The notes under the pieces were generated by a model. The model searched no databases and had not been told where the DNA came from. It worked only from the letters and a program-made list of their open reading frames with translations. Made by a program: the position numbers and the translations under genes. From Naegleria gruberi (taxonomy: Eukaryota): a stretch of DNA of 8,205 bases. Below, piece after piece: positions 1-7,898 of this stretch; the first letter of the stretch is position 1, and each line of letters begins with the position of its first letter. The DNA is taken from assembly GCA_000004985.1 (NCBI GenBank), contig GG739081.1; one strand, 5' to 3'.

Positions 1-542
1 AAAATCACTTGTTTGAAATGATTGACAGAAATATCCATTTGATATTTTAATAATATCTGTAAAACCTTCGAATTGATATTTCAAATTAGTTGTTTCATTT
101 GTTGAATCATCAATAACTGCTGTACCATGACTTCCACATCCACATCCCAATACTACACCTTGACTTGTTAGAAATTTAGTATCATCATAACCACAACTGA
201 CATCAATTGGTGTAAATTGTATTGGAAATTTCAATAATAAAGGTACTGAACTACTTTTAATACCTGCACAACATCCATTAGAATCAGATCCTGCAACATA
301 AACTTGAGAATTTCTTGTAATAAATACAGAATGAGTATTGTTAGCTCCTACTTTACAAATAGGTTGACCATCAAAATAATCACTTGGAAGTTTAACTGGT
401 TTCTTTTGAGATTCAGTATCTGAAATTCCCAATTGATTAGCTGAATTAGATCCATTTACAAATACTGAACCATCAATTGAAATGAAAATACTGTGATATC
501 CACCTCCAGCTCCGTCAATTATTTTATATTCATTGATGACAC
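1..542 (-). CDS. RCC1-like gene, exon 3 (partial; continues beyond window start)
   Basis: 180 codons with no stop end exactly in frame at position 1. Translation: GVINEYKIIDGAGGGYHSIFISIDGSVFVNGSNSANQLGISDTESQKKPVKLPSDYFDGQPICKVGANNTHSVFITRNSQVYVAGSDSNGCCAGIKSSSVPLLLKFPIQFTPIDVSCGYDDTKFLTSQGVVLGCGCGSHGTAVIDDSTNETTNLKYQFEGFTDIIKISNGYFCQSFQTSDF. The roughly 50-aa GxxH(S/T)...G.V...G.N..GQLG repeats indicate RCC1/BLIP-II-type propeller blades. Confidence 0.75.
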
Positions 543-618
543 CTATATTGTTGTTGTTGTTGTTGTAATTTGTTAACAAATGAATTTACAATCAAACTTA
601 TAATCATTAAAAACAAAC
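543..618 (-). other. intron 2 of the RCC1-like gene (76 nt, GTTTGT...ATATAG), containing a (TTG)6/(CAA)6 microsatellite
   Basis: Removing it joins 'gct gaa g' + 'gt gtc atc' into an uninterrupted RCC1 repeat frame that stays open to position 1. Its length mod 3 = 1 matches the frame offset. It is more than 80% A+T. The track ORF reads through it, giving LFLMIISLIVNSFVNKLQQQQQQYRCHQ* and then hitting a stop. Confidence 0.6.
548..565. repeat. (TTG)6 / (CAA)6 microsatellite inside intron 2
   Basis: Direct reading: ttgttgttgttgttgttg. Confidence 0.9.
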
Positions 619-762
619 CTTCAGCTCTAATGAGACCTCTAATTGGAGAACCACCTAATGCTCCAGATACTCCACAACATAATTCACCATGAGCATTTGT
701 TCCAAAACTCAAAATTCTTCCTTCGAATGTGATGAGATGAGTGTGATGACGACCAGAAATTA
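619..762 (-). CDS. RCC1-like gene, exon 2 (…VISGRHHTHLITFEGRILSFGTNAHGELCCGVSGALGGSPIRGLIRAEG)
   Basis: The frame is open with no stop. It carries the classic RCC1 repeat signature G-x-H-T-x-L-x-x-x-G-x-(I/V)-x-S-F-G-x-N-x-x-G-E-L. It is the real part of track ORF 530..712, which starts with TTG rather than ATG. Confidence 0.65.
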
Positions 763-853
763 CTAAATATCATGATTTTGTTCAACATCATTTTTACAGA
801 TATTATTATTATAAGACTAAATTTAACAAACGCAAATAACTAAAATTTCATAC
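763..853 (-). other. intron 1 of the RCC1-like gene (91 nt, GTATGA...TTTAG)
   Basis: The interval is AT-rich with GT/AG ends. Its length mod 3 = 1 accounts exactly for the frame change between exon 1 (codon tops ≡2 mod 3) and exon 2 (≡1). It contains in-frame stops. The joined codon g+ta = GTA (Val). Confidence 0.6.
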
Positions 854-1130
854 CTTTTACAACATTGATATTTGGTAAATGAACCACTTTTTGATAAATA
901 GCATCAGCAATCTTTGTAAGATCGGAATTAGTATCATCAATTTTAAAAGGTTCAAATTCTGAAACTGAAGTGGAAGAAACTTTGAATACGTGCTCTCCTG
1001 GAAATACAGCATGTGAAAGTGACATTAATTCACCAACAAGATATAACGTTGAACCTTGTTTGTTATTGTAAATGTTTAGCTTGTTTTCGTACATTTTTTT
1101 TATTTCAAAATTTGAATCAAAAGGATTCAT
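854..1130 (-). CDS. RCC1-repeat (regulator of chromosome condensation-like beta-propeller) protein, exon 1 (5' end uncertain)
   Basis: This is the track ORF 840..1130, MNPFDSNFEIKKMYENKL...NINVVK. Its C-terminal GMKF* tail is better explained as the start of an intron: the exon ends '...gta aaa g' and is followed by GTATGA at 853-848. The second ATG (M13, aaaaaaaATG) has the more A-rich context. Upstream of the first ATG the same frame stays open for 14 more codons (ARDLKRHQLNIKSK) before a TAA, so the true start could lie upstream or in the gap. Confidence 0.6.
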
Positions 1131-1212
1131 CTTGGACTTGATGTTTAACTGGTGCCTTTTTAAATCTCTTGCTTACAGTGTGGACAGGATTGACAATTAA
1201 CGTGAGCTGACA

Positions 1213-4200
1213 NNNNNNNNNNNNNNNNNNNNNNNNNNNNNNNNNNNNNNNNNNNNNNNNNNNNNNNNNNNNNNNNNNNNNNNNNNNNNNNNNNNNNNNN
1301 NNNNNNNNNNNNNNNNNNNNNNNNNNNNNNNNNNNNNNNNNNNNNNNNNNNNNNNNNNNNNNNNNNNNNNNNNNNNNNNNNNNNNNNNNNNNNNNNNNNN
1401 NNNNNNNNNNNNNNNNNNNNNNNNNNNNNNNNNNNNNNNNNNNNNNNNNNNNNNNNNNNNNNNNNNNNNNNNNNNNNNNNNNNNNNNNNNNNNNNNNNNN
1501 NNNNNNNNNNNNNNNNNNNNNNNNNNNNNNNNNNNNNNNNNNNNNNNNNNNNNNNNNNNNNNNNNNNNNNNNNNNNNNNNNNNNNNNNNNNNNNNNNNNN
1601 NNNNNNNNNNNNNNNNNNNNNNNNNNNNNNNNNNNNNNNNNNNNNNNNNNNNNNNNNNNNNNNNNNNNNNNNNNNNNNNNNNNNNNNNNNNNNNNNNNNN
1701 NNNNNNNNNNNNNNNNNNNNNNNNNNNNNNNNNNNNNNNNNNNNNNNNNNNNNNNNNNNNNNNNNNNNNNNNNNNNNNNNNNNNNNNNNNNNNNNNNNNN
1801 NNNNNNNNNNNNNNNNNNNNNNNNNNNNNNNNNNNNNNNNNNNNNNNNNNNNNNNNNNNNNNNNNNNNNNNNNNNNNNNNNNNNNNNNNNNNNNNNNNNN
1901 NNNNNNNNNNNNNNNNNNNNNNNNNNNNNNNNNNNNNNNNNNNNNNNNNNNNNNNNNNNNNNNNNNNNNNNNNNNNNNNNNNNNNNNNNNNNNNNNNNNN
2001 NNNNNNNNNNNNNNNNNNNNNNNNNNNNNNNNNNNNNNNNNNNNNNNNNNNNNNNNNNNNNNNNNNNNNNNNNNNNNNNNNNNNNNNNNNNNNNNNNNNN
2101 NNNNNNNNNNNNNNNNNNNNNNNNNNNNNNNNNNNNNNNNNNNNNNNNNNNNNNNNNNNNNNNNNNNNNNNNNNNNNNNNNNNNNNNNNNNNNNNNNNNN
2201 NNNNNNNNNNNNNNNNNNNNNNNNNNNNNNNNNNNNNNNNNNNNNNNNNNNNNNNNNNNNNNNNNNNNNNNNNNNNNNNNNNNNNNNNNNNNNNNNNNNN
2301 NNNNNNNNNNNNNNNNNNNNNNNNNNNNNNNNNNNNNNNNNNNNNNNNNNNNNNNNNNNNNNNNNNNNNNNNNNNNNNNNNNNNNNNNNNNNNNNNNNNN
2401 NNNNNNNNNNNNNNNNNNNNNNNNNNNNNNNNNNNNNNNNNNNNNNNNNNNNNNNNNNNNNNNNNNNNNNNNNNNNNNNNNNNNNNNNNNNNNNNNNNNN
2501 NNNNNNNNNNNNNNNNNNNNNNNNNNNNNNNNNNNNNNNNNNNNNNNNNNNNNNNNNNNNNNNNNNNNNNNNNNNNNNNNNNNNNNNNNNNNNNNNNNNN
2601 NNNNNNNNNNNNNNNNNNNNNNNNNNNNNNNNNNNNNNNNNNNNNNNNNNNNNNNNNNNNNNNNNNNNNNNNNNNNNNNNNNNNNNNNNNNNNNNNNNNN
2701 NNNNNNNNNNNNNNNNNNNNNNNNNNNNNNNNNNNNNNNNNNNNNNNNNNNNNNNNNNNNNNNNNNNNNNNNNNNNNNNNNNNNNNNNNNNNNNNNNNNN
2801 NNNNNNNNNNNNNNNNNNNNNNNNNNNNNNNNNNNNNNNNNNNNNNNNNNNNNNNNNNNNNNNNNNNNNNNNNNNNNNNNNNNNNNNNNNNNNNNNNNNN
2901 NNNNNNNNNNNNNNNNNNNNNNNNNNNNNNNNNNNNNNNNNNNNNNNNNNNNNNNNNNNNNNNNNNNNNNNNNNNNNNNNNNNNNNNNNNNNNNNNNNNN
3001 NNNNNNNNNNNNNNNNNNNNNNNNNNNNNNNNNNNNNNNNNNNNNNNNNNNNNNNNNNNNNNNNNNNNNNNNNNNNNNNNNNNNNNNNNNNNNNNNNNNN
3101 NNNNNNNNNNNNNNNNNNNNNNNNNNNNNNNNNNNNNNNNNNNNNNNNNNNNNNNNNNNNNNNNNNNNNNNNNNNNNNNNNNNNNNNNNNNNNNNNNNNN
3201 NNNNNNNNNNNNNNNNNNNNNNNNNNNNNNNNNNNNNNNNNNNNNNNNNNNNNNNNNNNNNNNNNNNNNNNNNNNNNNNNNNNNNNNNNNNNNNNNNNNN
3301 NNNNNNNNNNNNNNNNNNNNNNNNNNNNNNNNNNNNNNNNNNNNNNNNNNNNNNNNNNNNNNNNNNNNNNNNNNNNNNNNNNNNNNNNNNNNNNNNNNNN
3401 NNNNNNNNNNNNNNNNNNNNNNNNNNNNNNNNNNNNNNNNNNNNNNNNNNNNNNNNNNNNNNNNNNNNNNNNNNNNNNNNNNNNNNNNNNNNNNNNNNNN
3501 NNNNNNNNNNNNNNNNNNNNNNNNNNNNNNNNNNNNNNNNNNNNNNNNNNNNNNNNNNNNNNNNNNNNNNNNNNNNNNNNNNNNNNNNNNNNNNNNNNNN
3601 NNNNNNNNNNNNNNNNNNNNNNNNNNNNNNNNNNNNNNNNNNNNNNNNNNNNNNNNNNNNNNNNNNNNNNNNNNNNNNNNNNNNNNNNNNNNNNNNNNNN
3701 NNNNNNNNNNNNNNNNNNNNNNNNNNNNNNNNNNNNNNNNNNNNNNNNNNNNNNNNNNNNNNNNNNNNNNNNNNNNNNNNNNNNNNNNNNNNNNNNNNNN
3801 NNNNNNNNNNNNNNNNNNNNNNNNNNNNNNNNNNNNNNNNNNNNNNNNNNNNNNNNNNNNNNNNNNNNNNNNNNNNNNNNNNNNNNNNNNNNNNNNNNNN
3901 NNNNNNNNNNNNNNNNNNNNNNNNNNNNNNNNNNNNNNNNNNNNNNNNNNNNNNNNNNNNNNNNNNNNNNNNNNNNNNNNNNNNNNNNNNNNNNNNNNNN
4001 NNNNNNNNNNNNNNNNNNNNNNNNNNNNNNNNNNNNNNNNNNNNNNNNNNNNNNNNNNNNNNNNNNNNNNNNNNNNNNNNNNNNNNNNNNNNNNNNNNNN
4101 NNNNNNNNNNNNNNNNNNNNNNNNNNNNNNNNNNNNNNNNNNNNNNNNNNNNNNNNNNNNNNNNNNNNNNNNNNNNNNNNNNNNNNNNNNNNNNNNNNNN

Positions 4201-6034
4201 NNNNNNNNNNNNNNNNNNNNNNNNNNNNNNNNNNNNNNNNNNNNNNNNNNNNNNNNNNNNNNNNNNNNNNNNNNNNNNNNNNNNNNNNNNNNNNNNNNNN
4301 NNNNNNNNNNNNNNNNNNNNNNNNNNNNNNNNNNNNNNNNNNNNNNNNNNNNNNNNNNNNNNNNNNNNNNNNNNNNNNNNNNNNNNNNNNNNNNNNNNNN
4401 NNNNNNNNNNNNNNNNNNNNNNNNNNNNNNNNNNNNNNNNNNNNNNNNNNNNNNNNNNNNNNNNNNNNNNNNNNNNNNNNNNNNNNNNNNNNNNNNNNNN
4501 NNNNNNNNNNNNNNNNNNNNNNNNNNNNNNNNNNNNNNNNNNNNNNNNNNNNNNNNNNNNNNNNNNNNNNNNNNNNNNNNNNNNNNNNNNNNNNNNNNNN
4601 NNNNNNNNNNNNNNNNNNNNNNNNNNNNNNNNNNNNNNNNNNNNNNNNNNNNNNNNNNNNNNNNNNNNNNNNNNNNNNNNNNNNNNNNNNNNNNNNNNNN
4701 NNNNNNNNNNNNNNNNNNNNNNNNNNNNNNNNNNNNNNNNNNNNNNNNNNNNNNNNNNNNNNNNNNNNNNNNNNNNNNNNNNNNNNNNNNNNNNNNNNNN
4801 NNNNNNNNNNNNNNNNNNNNNNNNNNNNNNNNNNNNNNNNNNNNNNNNNNNNNNNNNNNNNNNNNNNNNNNNNNNNNNNNNNNNNNNNNNNNNNNNNNNN
4901 NNNNNNNNNNNNNNNNNNNNNNNNNNNNNNNNNNNNNNNNNNNNNNNNNNNNNNNNNNNNNNNNNNNNNNNNNNNNNNNNNNNNNNNNNNNNNNNNNNNN
5001 NNNNNNNNNNNNNNNNNNNNNNNNNNNNNNNNNNNNNNNNNNNNNNNNNNNNNNNNNNNNNNNNNNNNNNNNNNNNNNNNNNNNNNNNNNNNNNNNNNNN
5101 NNNNNNNNNNNNNNNNNNNNNNNNNNNNNNNNNNNNNNNNNNNNNNNNNNNNNNNNNNNNNNNNNNNNNNNNNNNNNNNNNNNNNNNNNNNNNNNNNNNN
5201 NNNNNNNNNNNNNNNNNNNNNNNNNNNNNNNNNNNNNNNNNNNNNNNNNNNNNNNNNNNNNNNNNNNNNNNNNNNNNNNNNNNNNNNNNNNNNNNNNNNN
5301 NNNNNNNNNNNNNNNNNNNNNNNNNNNNNNNNNNNNNNNNNNNNNNNNNNNNNNNNNNNNNNNNNNNNNNNNNNNNNNNNNNNNNNNNNNNNNNNNNNNN
5401 NNNNNNNNNNNNNNNNNNNNNNNNNNNNNNNNNNNNNNNNNNNNNNNNNNNNNNNNNNNNNNNNNNNNNNNNNNNNNNNNNNNNNNNNNNNNNNNNNNNN
5501 NNNNNNNNNNNNNNNNNNNNNNNNNNNNNNNNNNNNNNNNNNNNNNNNNNNNNNNNNNNNNNNNNNNNNNNNNNNNNNNNNNNNNNNNNNNNNNNNNNNN
5601 NNNNNNNNNNNNNNNNNNNNNNNNNNNNNNNNNNNNNNNNNNNNNNNNNNNNNNNNNNNNNNNNNNNNNNNNNNNNNNNNNNNNNNNNNNNNNNNNNNNN
5701 NNNNNNNNNNNNNNNNNNNNNNNNNNNNNNNNNNNNNNNNNNNNNNNNNNNNNNNNNNNNNNNNNNNNNNNNNNNNNNNNNNNNNNNNNNNNNNNNNNNN
5801 NNNNNNNNNNNNNNNNNNNNNNNNNNNNNNNNNNNNNNNNNNNNNNNNNNNNNNNNNNNNNNNNNNNNNNNNNNNNNNNNNNNNNNNNNNNNNNNNNNNN
5901 NNNNNNNNNNNNNNNNNNNNNNNNNNNNNNNNNNNNNNNNNNNNNNNNNNNNNNNNNNNNNNNNNNNNNNNNNNNNNNNNNNNNNNNNNNNNNNNNNNNN
6001 NNNNNNNNNNNNNNNNNNNNNNNNNNNNNNNNNN
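1213..6034. other. assembly gap (4,822 N)
   Basis: An uninterrupted run of n. The 1656-aa 'ORF' 1117..6087 exists only because N translates to X. Confidence 0.99.
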
Positions 6035-6089
6035 AAACAGTAATTTTCTCTCTTAATCCAAATAAATATTAAAATAATAATATTCATAT

Positions 6090-6359
6090 TTACCCTTCAT
6101 ATTTACATGGTGAATTTACTTGAATTAATTCAAATTCATTTATAGAATTATCATATATACATAAATAACAATGACGATAATGTCCAATTCCAACTAATTT
6201 ACAATCCCTTGAAACAGCAACAAGTGTATCCGAATAATTTAATAACCATTCATCATAGGATTTATCATCATTATCATTGGAACGATCATATATTTTTAAT
6301 TCCTTTCCGATCCAATTTAAAGAATGATCAATATTAAATGCCTTTTGAATTGTTTGCAT
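6090..6359 (-). CDS. small hypothetical protein / possible first coding exon (MQTIQKAFNIDHSLNWIGKELKIYDRSNDNDDKSYDEWLLNYSDTLVAVSRDCKLVGIGHYRHCYLCIYDNSINEFELIQVNSPCKYEG)
   Basis: The track ORF 6090..6455 is trimmed to the internal ATG at 6359-6357, which sits in a perfect A-rich context (aaaaaaaaATGcaa). The 32 residues upstream are translated from AT-rich low-complexity DNA. That leaves 89 codons with ordinary AT-rich-organism codon usage. The segment VAVSRDCKLVGIG weakly resembles GNAT acetyltransferase motif A, but this is not secure. Confidence 0.5.
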   Translation of the reverse strand: MQTIQKAFNIDHSLNWIGKELKIYDRSNDNDDKSYDEWLLNYSDTLVAVSRDCKLVGIGHYRHCYLCIYDNSINEFELIQVNSPCKYEG

Positions 6360-6465
6360 TTTTTTTAATTTTAAATAAAAAATAACAATGTAAATAAATG
6401 AAGATGATTCCAATATATAATTGAATGATTTGTGTTTGCTCAATTTAATGATCAAATTCAGAAAT

Positions 6466-6609
6466 TTATTCCTCTAAAAAAAACTTCACCCGTTTTGTGT
6501 TGCCAGCTGAATCATGATCAGCACTCCAAACAGATGAACAAGTACTAAAACTGATATTATCCGATAATTTATTGGAAACAAAGTTAAAGTACTCCATATT
6601 AATTTCCAT
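6466..6609 (-). CDS. candidate small ORF or upstream exon (MEINMEYFNFVSNKLSDNISFSTCSSVWSADHDSAGNTKRVKFFLEE*)
   Basis: 47 codons with an ATG at 6609-6607. It lies partly in a locally GC-richer block, and rare codons (ggc, cgg, gtg) cluster at its 3' end. A plus-strand frame is also open over the same block (6429-6545), so strand assignment is ambiguous. It could splice (GTGAAG…AAAAG) onto the 6090..6359 CDS. Confidence 0.2.
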   Translation of the reverse strand: MEINMEYFNFVSNKLSDNISFSTCSSVWSADHDSAGNTKRVKFFLEE

Positions 6610-6611
6610 AA

Positions 6612-7687
6612 ATAGATACAATTCCAGAACTTGCTGGTATTACATATTTAACTACAGTTACAACTAATCAATTAAATAATTTAATAATTGCCATAACTAC
6701 CAAGAAACAATGTTATGTATTTGATTCAGAATGTAAATCATGGAAACTTAAATTTAAATTACCTTTATTTAGTTCTGTTCAGATTGACAGTCAATTTGAG
6801 AATGTTTATATTGGAACAAGAGATTGTATTAAGAAATATTAGATAATGTAACAGACTATTCAAAAGAATCTCCTATTTGGGAAAGTAAGATTAGTTCAAA
6901 GTATAAAATGAATTGTGCTAAATCAAAGAATGAAATGTATATCATACATAATATTAATACAATCTATGTAATGGATTTATTGAATGGATCAACAAAAAGA
7001 GAAATTAATTTAAATCAATCAGATTATAATAATATTGATGTATTATATGTGGATGAAAAGGAGGGACAGCTAAATTTCCCTCATTAATAATAAGAGAATA
7101 TGATGAGAATATGAAACCAGACTGTTTGCAATTTTTAAATGGTATTGATTTTGGAAATAAGAAGTTGTGGTTTGTTGATAATGAAATTGCTAAATACTTT
7201 GAATTTCAATTTGACTTTGAAAATGAGGTTCCAGATGGTCATGATGATGATATTGTAATCGGAGGAAGTTATGAATTTTTTGACAAATATCAAGTTTGTA
7301 TCTATGTAAGAAAATCAGAAGTTTCAAATAATTATGATTTTCCAGTATATTTACTTTACAACGAATCAGTCAATGATGATTTTATGAAAACAAAGAGTTT
7401 AACATTTTCAGAATTCATTCCAAAATTGAAATTATCTGAATCCGTTGTCATTGAGCATAACTGTTCATATGATTTATGAAGAATTGATTCAAAAATCAAT
7501 CATTCATCCTCAAACCAAACTTATTGATAATAATATCCTTGTTGAGAAGTATAAGAAAATGGTGTGTGGAGTCGACAAAGAGGATTACTTTGGATTAGCA
7601 CGAAAATTTAACAGCTCTACAATCAACTTTGATAATACTGTATTTCTAAAGATGGATTGTTGCCTTGGCCATGGATTGTTGTTCTGA
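6612..7687 (+). CDS. plus-strand coding region, hypothetical protein; four overlapping open segments in frames 0/2/1/2 (6612-6842, 6833-7087, 7057-7479, 7430-7687); possible pseudogene, draft-sequence frameshifts or unresolved introns
   Basis: By hand translation, segment 1 (frame 0, 76 codons, stop TAG at 6840) reads IDTIPELAGITYLTTVTTNQLNNLIIAITTKKQCYVFDSECKSWKLKFKLPLFSSVQIDSQFENVYIGTRDCIKKY*. Segment 2 (frame 2, 84 codons, stop TAA at 7085) reads …DNVTDYSKESPIWESKISSKYKMNCAKSKNEMYIIHNINTIYVMDLLNGSTKREINLNQSDYNNIDVLYVDEKEGQLNFPH*. Segment 3 is the track ORF 7111..7479 and is open from 7057. Segment 4 is the track ORF 7445..7687; it has a TTG start and is open from 7430. Four long stop-free segments on one strand are not expected by chance at about 80% A+T; each stop-free run of 76-84 codons has a chance probability below 0.001. 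The opposite strand is full of stops. Confidence 0.5.
7111..7479 (+). CDS. best-supported segment of the plus-strand gene (MKPDCLQFLNGIDFGNKKLWFVDNEIAKYFEFQFDFENEVPDGHDDDIVIGGSYEFFDKYQVCIYVRKSEVSNNYDFPVYLLYNESVNDDFMKTKSLTFSEFIPKLKLSESVVIEHNCSYDL)
   Basis: It is in the track with an ATG start, but the frame is open 18 codons upstream (KGGTAKFPSLIIREYDEN-M), so the ATG may be internal. Confidence 0.5.
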   Translation: MKPDCLQFLNGIDFGNKKLWFVDNEIAKYFEFQFDFENEVPDGHDDDIVIGGSYEFFDKYQVCIYVRKSEVSNNYDFPVYLLYNESVNDDFMKTKSLTFSEFIPKLKLSESVVIEHNCSYDL

Positions 7688-7743
7688 AATTTCGTTTTTA
7701 AAAACCAAATAAAAGAATAAGAACACGAAAAAATGGTTTAAAA

Positions 7744-7750
7744 GATAAAA
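7744..7750 (-). terminator. RNA polymerase III T-run terminator of the 5S gene (…gtcTTTTatcTTT)
   Basis: A T4 run sits directly after the 3' end of 5S helix I on the transcribed strand, and a second T3 run follows 3 nt later. Confidence 0.6.
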
Positions 7751-7870
7751 AGACTACAGCACCACAGGTTCCCAAGTTGTCTCCAACCTCAGTACTGATG
7801 TGGCTCGACGATGCTTAACTTCTCAAATCGGACGGGATGAGGTGCATTCATCGTGATATGGCCGTAGCCA
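7751..7870 (-). rRNA. 5S ribosomal RNA gene (about 119-120 nt)
   Basis: The minus strand reads tGGCTACGGCCATATCACGATGAATGCACCTCATCCCGTCCGATTTGAGAAGTTAAGCATCGTCGAGCCACATCAGTACTGAGGTTGGAGACAACTTGGGAACCTGTGGTGCTGTAGTCT. It carries the universal 5S blocks GGCCATA-C, CCCGTCCGAT, AAGTTAAGC, AGTACT, GGGAA and GGTGCTGTA. The 5' GGCTACGGC pairs with the 3' GCTGTAGTC over 9 bp, including two G·U pairs, forming helix I. It is immediately followed on the minus strand by TTTT (plus 7747-7750), a pol III terminator. Confidence 0.93.
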
Positions 7871-7888
7871 TCAACTACCTTGATTTCT

Positions 7889-7898
7889 GAAATATAAA
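7889..7898 (-). promoter_or_regulatory. TATA-like element (TTTATATTT) about 20-28 bp upstream of the 5S start
   Basis: On the minus strand the upstream sequence reads …gaactgaTTTATATTTcagaaatcaaggtagttga|tGGCTACGGCC. Upstream TATA-like boxes at about -25/-30 are required for 5S transcription in several fungi, plants and insects. Confidence 0.35.

Noticed and set aside
530-712. A 60-aa poly-Q-containing ORF as a stand-alone gene.
   Set aside because: It starts with TTG rather than ATG. Its first 31 codons are exon 2 of the RCC1 gene and the rest is intron 2 read-through across a (CAA)6 repeat.
1131-1212. A possible tRNA gene or T-loop-like gtcaatcctgtcc in the GC-rich flank.
   Set aside because: No acceptor, D or anticodon stems can be built around it. 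There is no GGTTCGANTCC T-loop consensus, and no A/B box spacing.
1117-6087. A 1656-aa ORF spanning the window centre.
   Set aside because: It consists almost entirely of X translated from 4,822 N. Only about 30 real codons lie at each end, and those belong to different features.
6360-6455. The N-terminal 32 aa (MIIKLSKHKSFNYILESSSFIYIVIFYLKLKK) of track ORF 6090..6455.
   Set aside because: The DNA is more than 85% A+T and reads as a low-complexity translation. The internal ATG at 6359 has a perfect aaaaaaaaATG context, so the start was moved there.
6505-6545. A plus-strand first exon ATG-AAC-AAG|GTACTAAAAC…aatag| splicing onto 6616.
   Set aside because: The phases do not match. The donor at 6542 leaves 2 nt, and every candidate acceptor (6616, 6628, 6658) needs 1 nt. 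The alternative ATG at 6514 hits TGA before any donor.
6826-6842. A 17-nt GTATTAAGAAATATTAG that removes the frame-0 stop and joins plus-strand segments 1 and 2 in phase, read as an ultrashort intron (Stentor- or nucleomorph-like).
   Set aside because: The two confident introns in this window are 76 and 91 nt. No analogous tiny GT..AG with the right phase exists at the second or third frame break, so the idea does not generalise. A homopolymer indel or pseudogene explains all three breaks uniformly.
7445-7687. The 80-aa ORF as an independent gene starting with M.
   Set aside because: The start is TTG. The frame is open from 7430 and overlaps the previous segment's end by 47 nt. It is the last segment of the frame-broken plus-strand gene, not a separate CDS.
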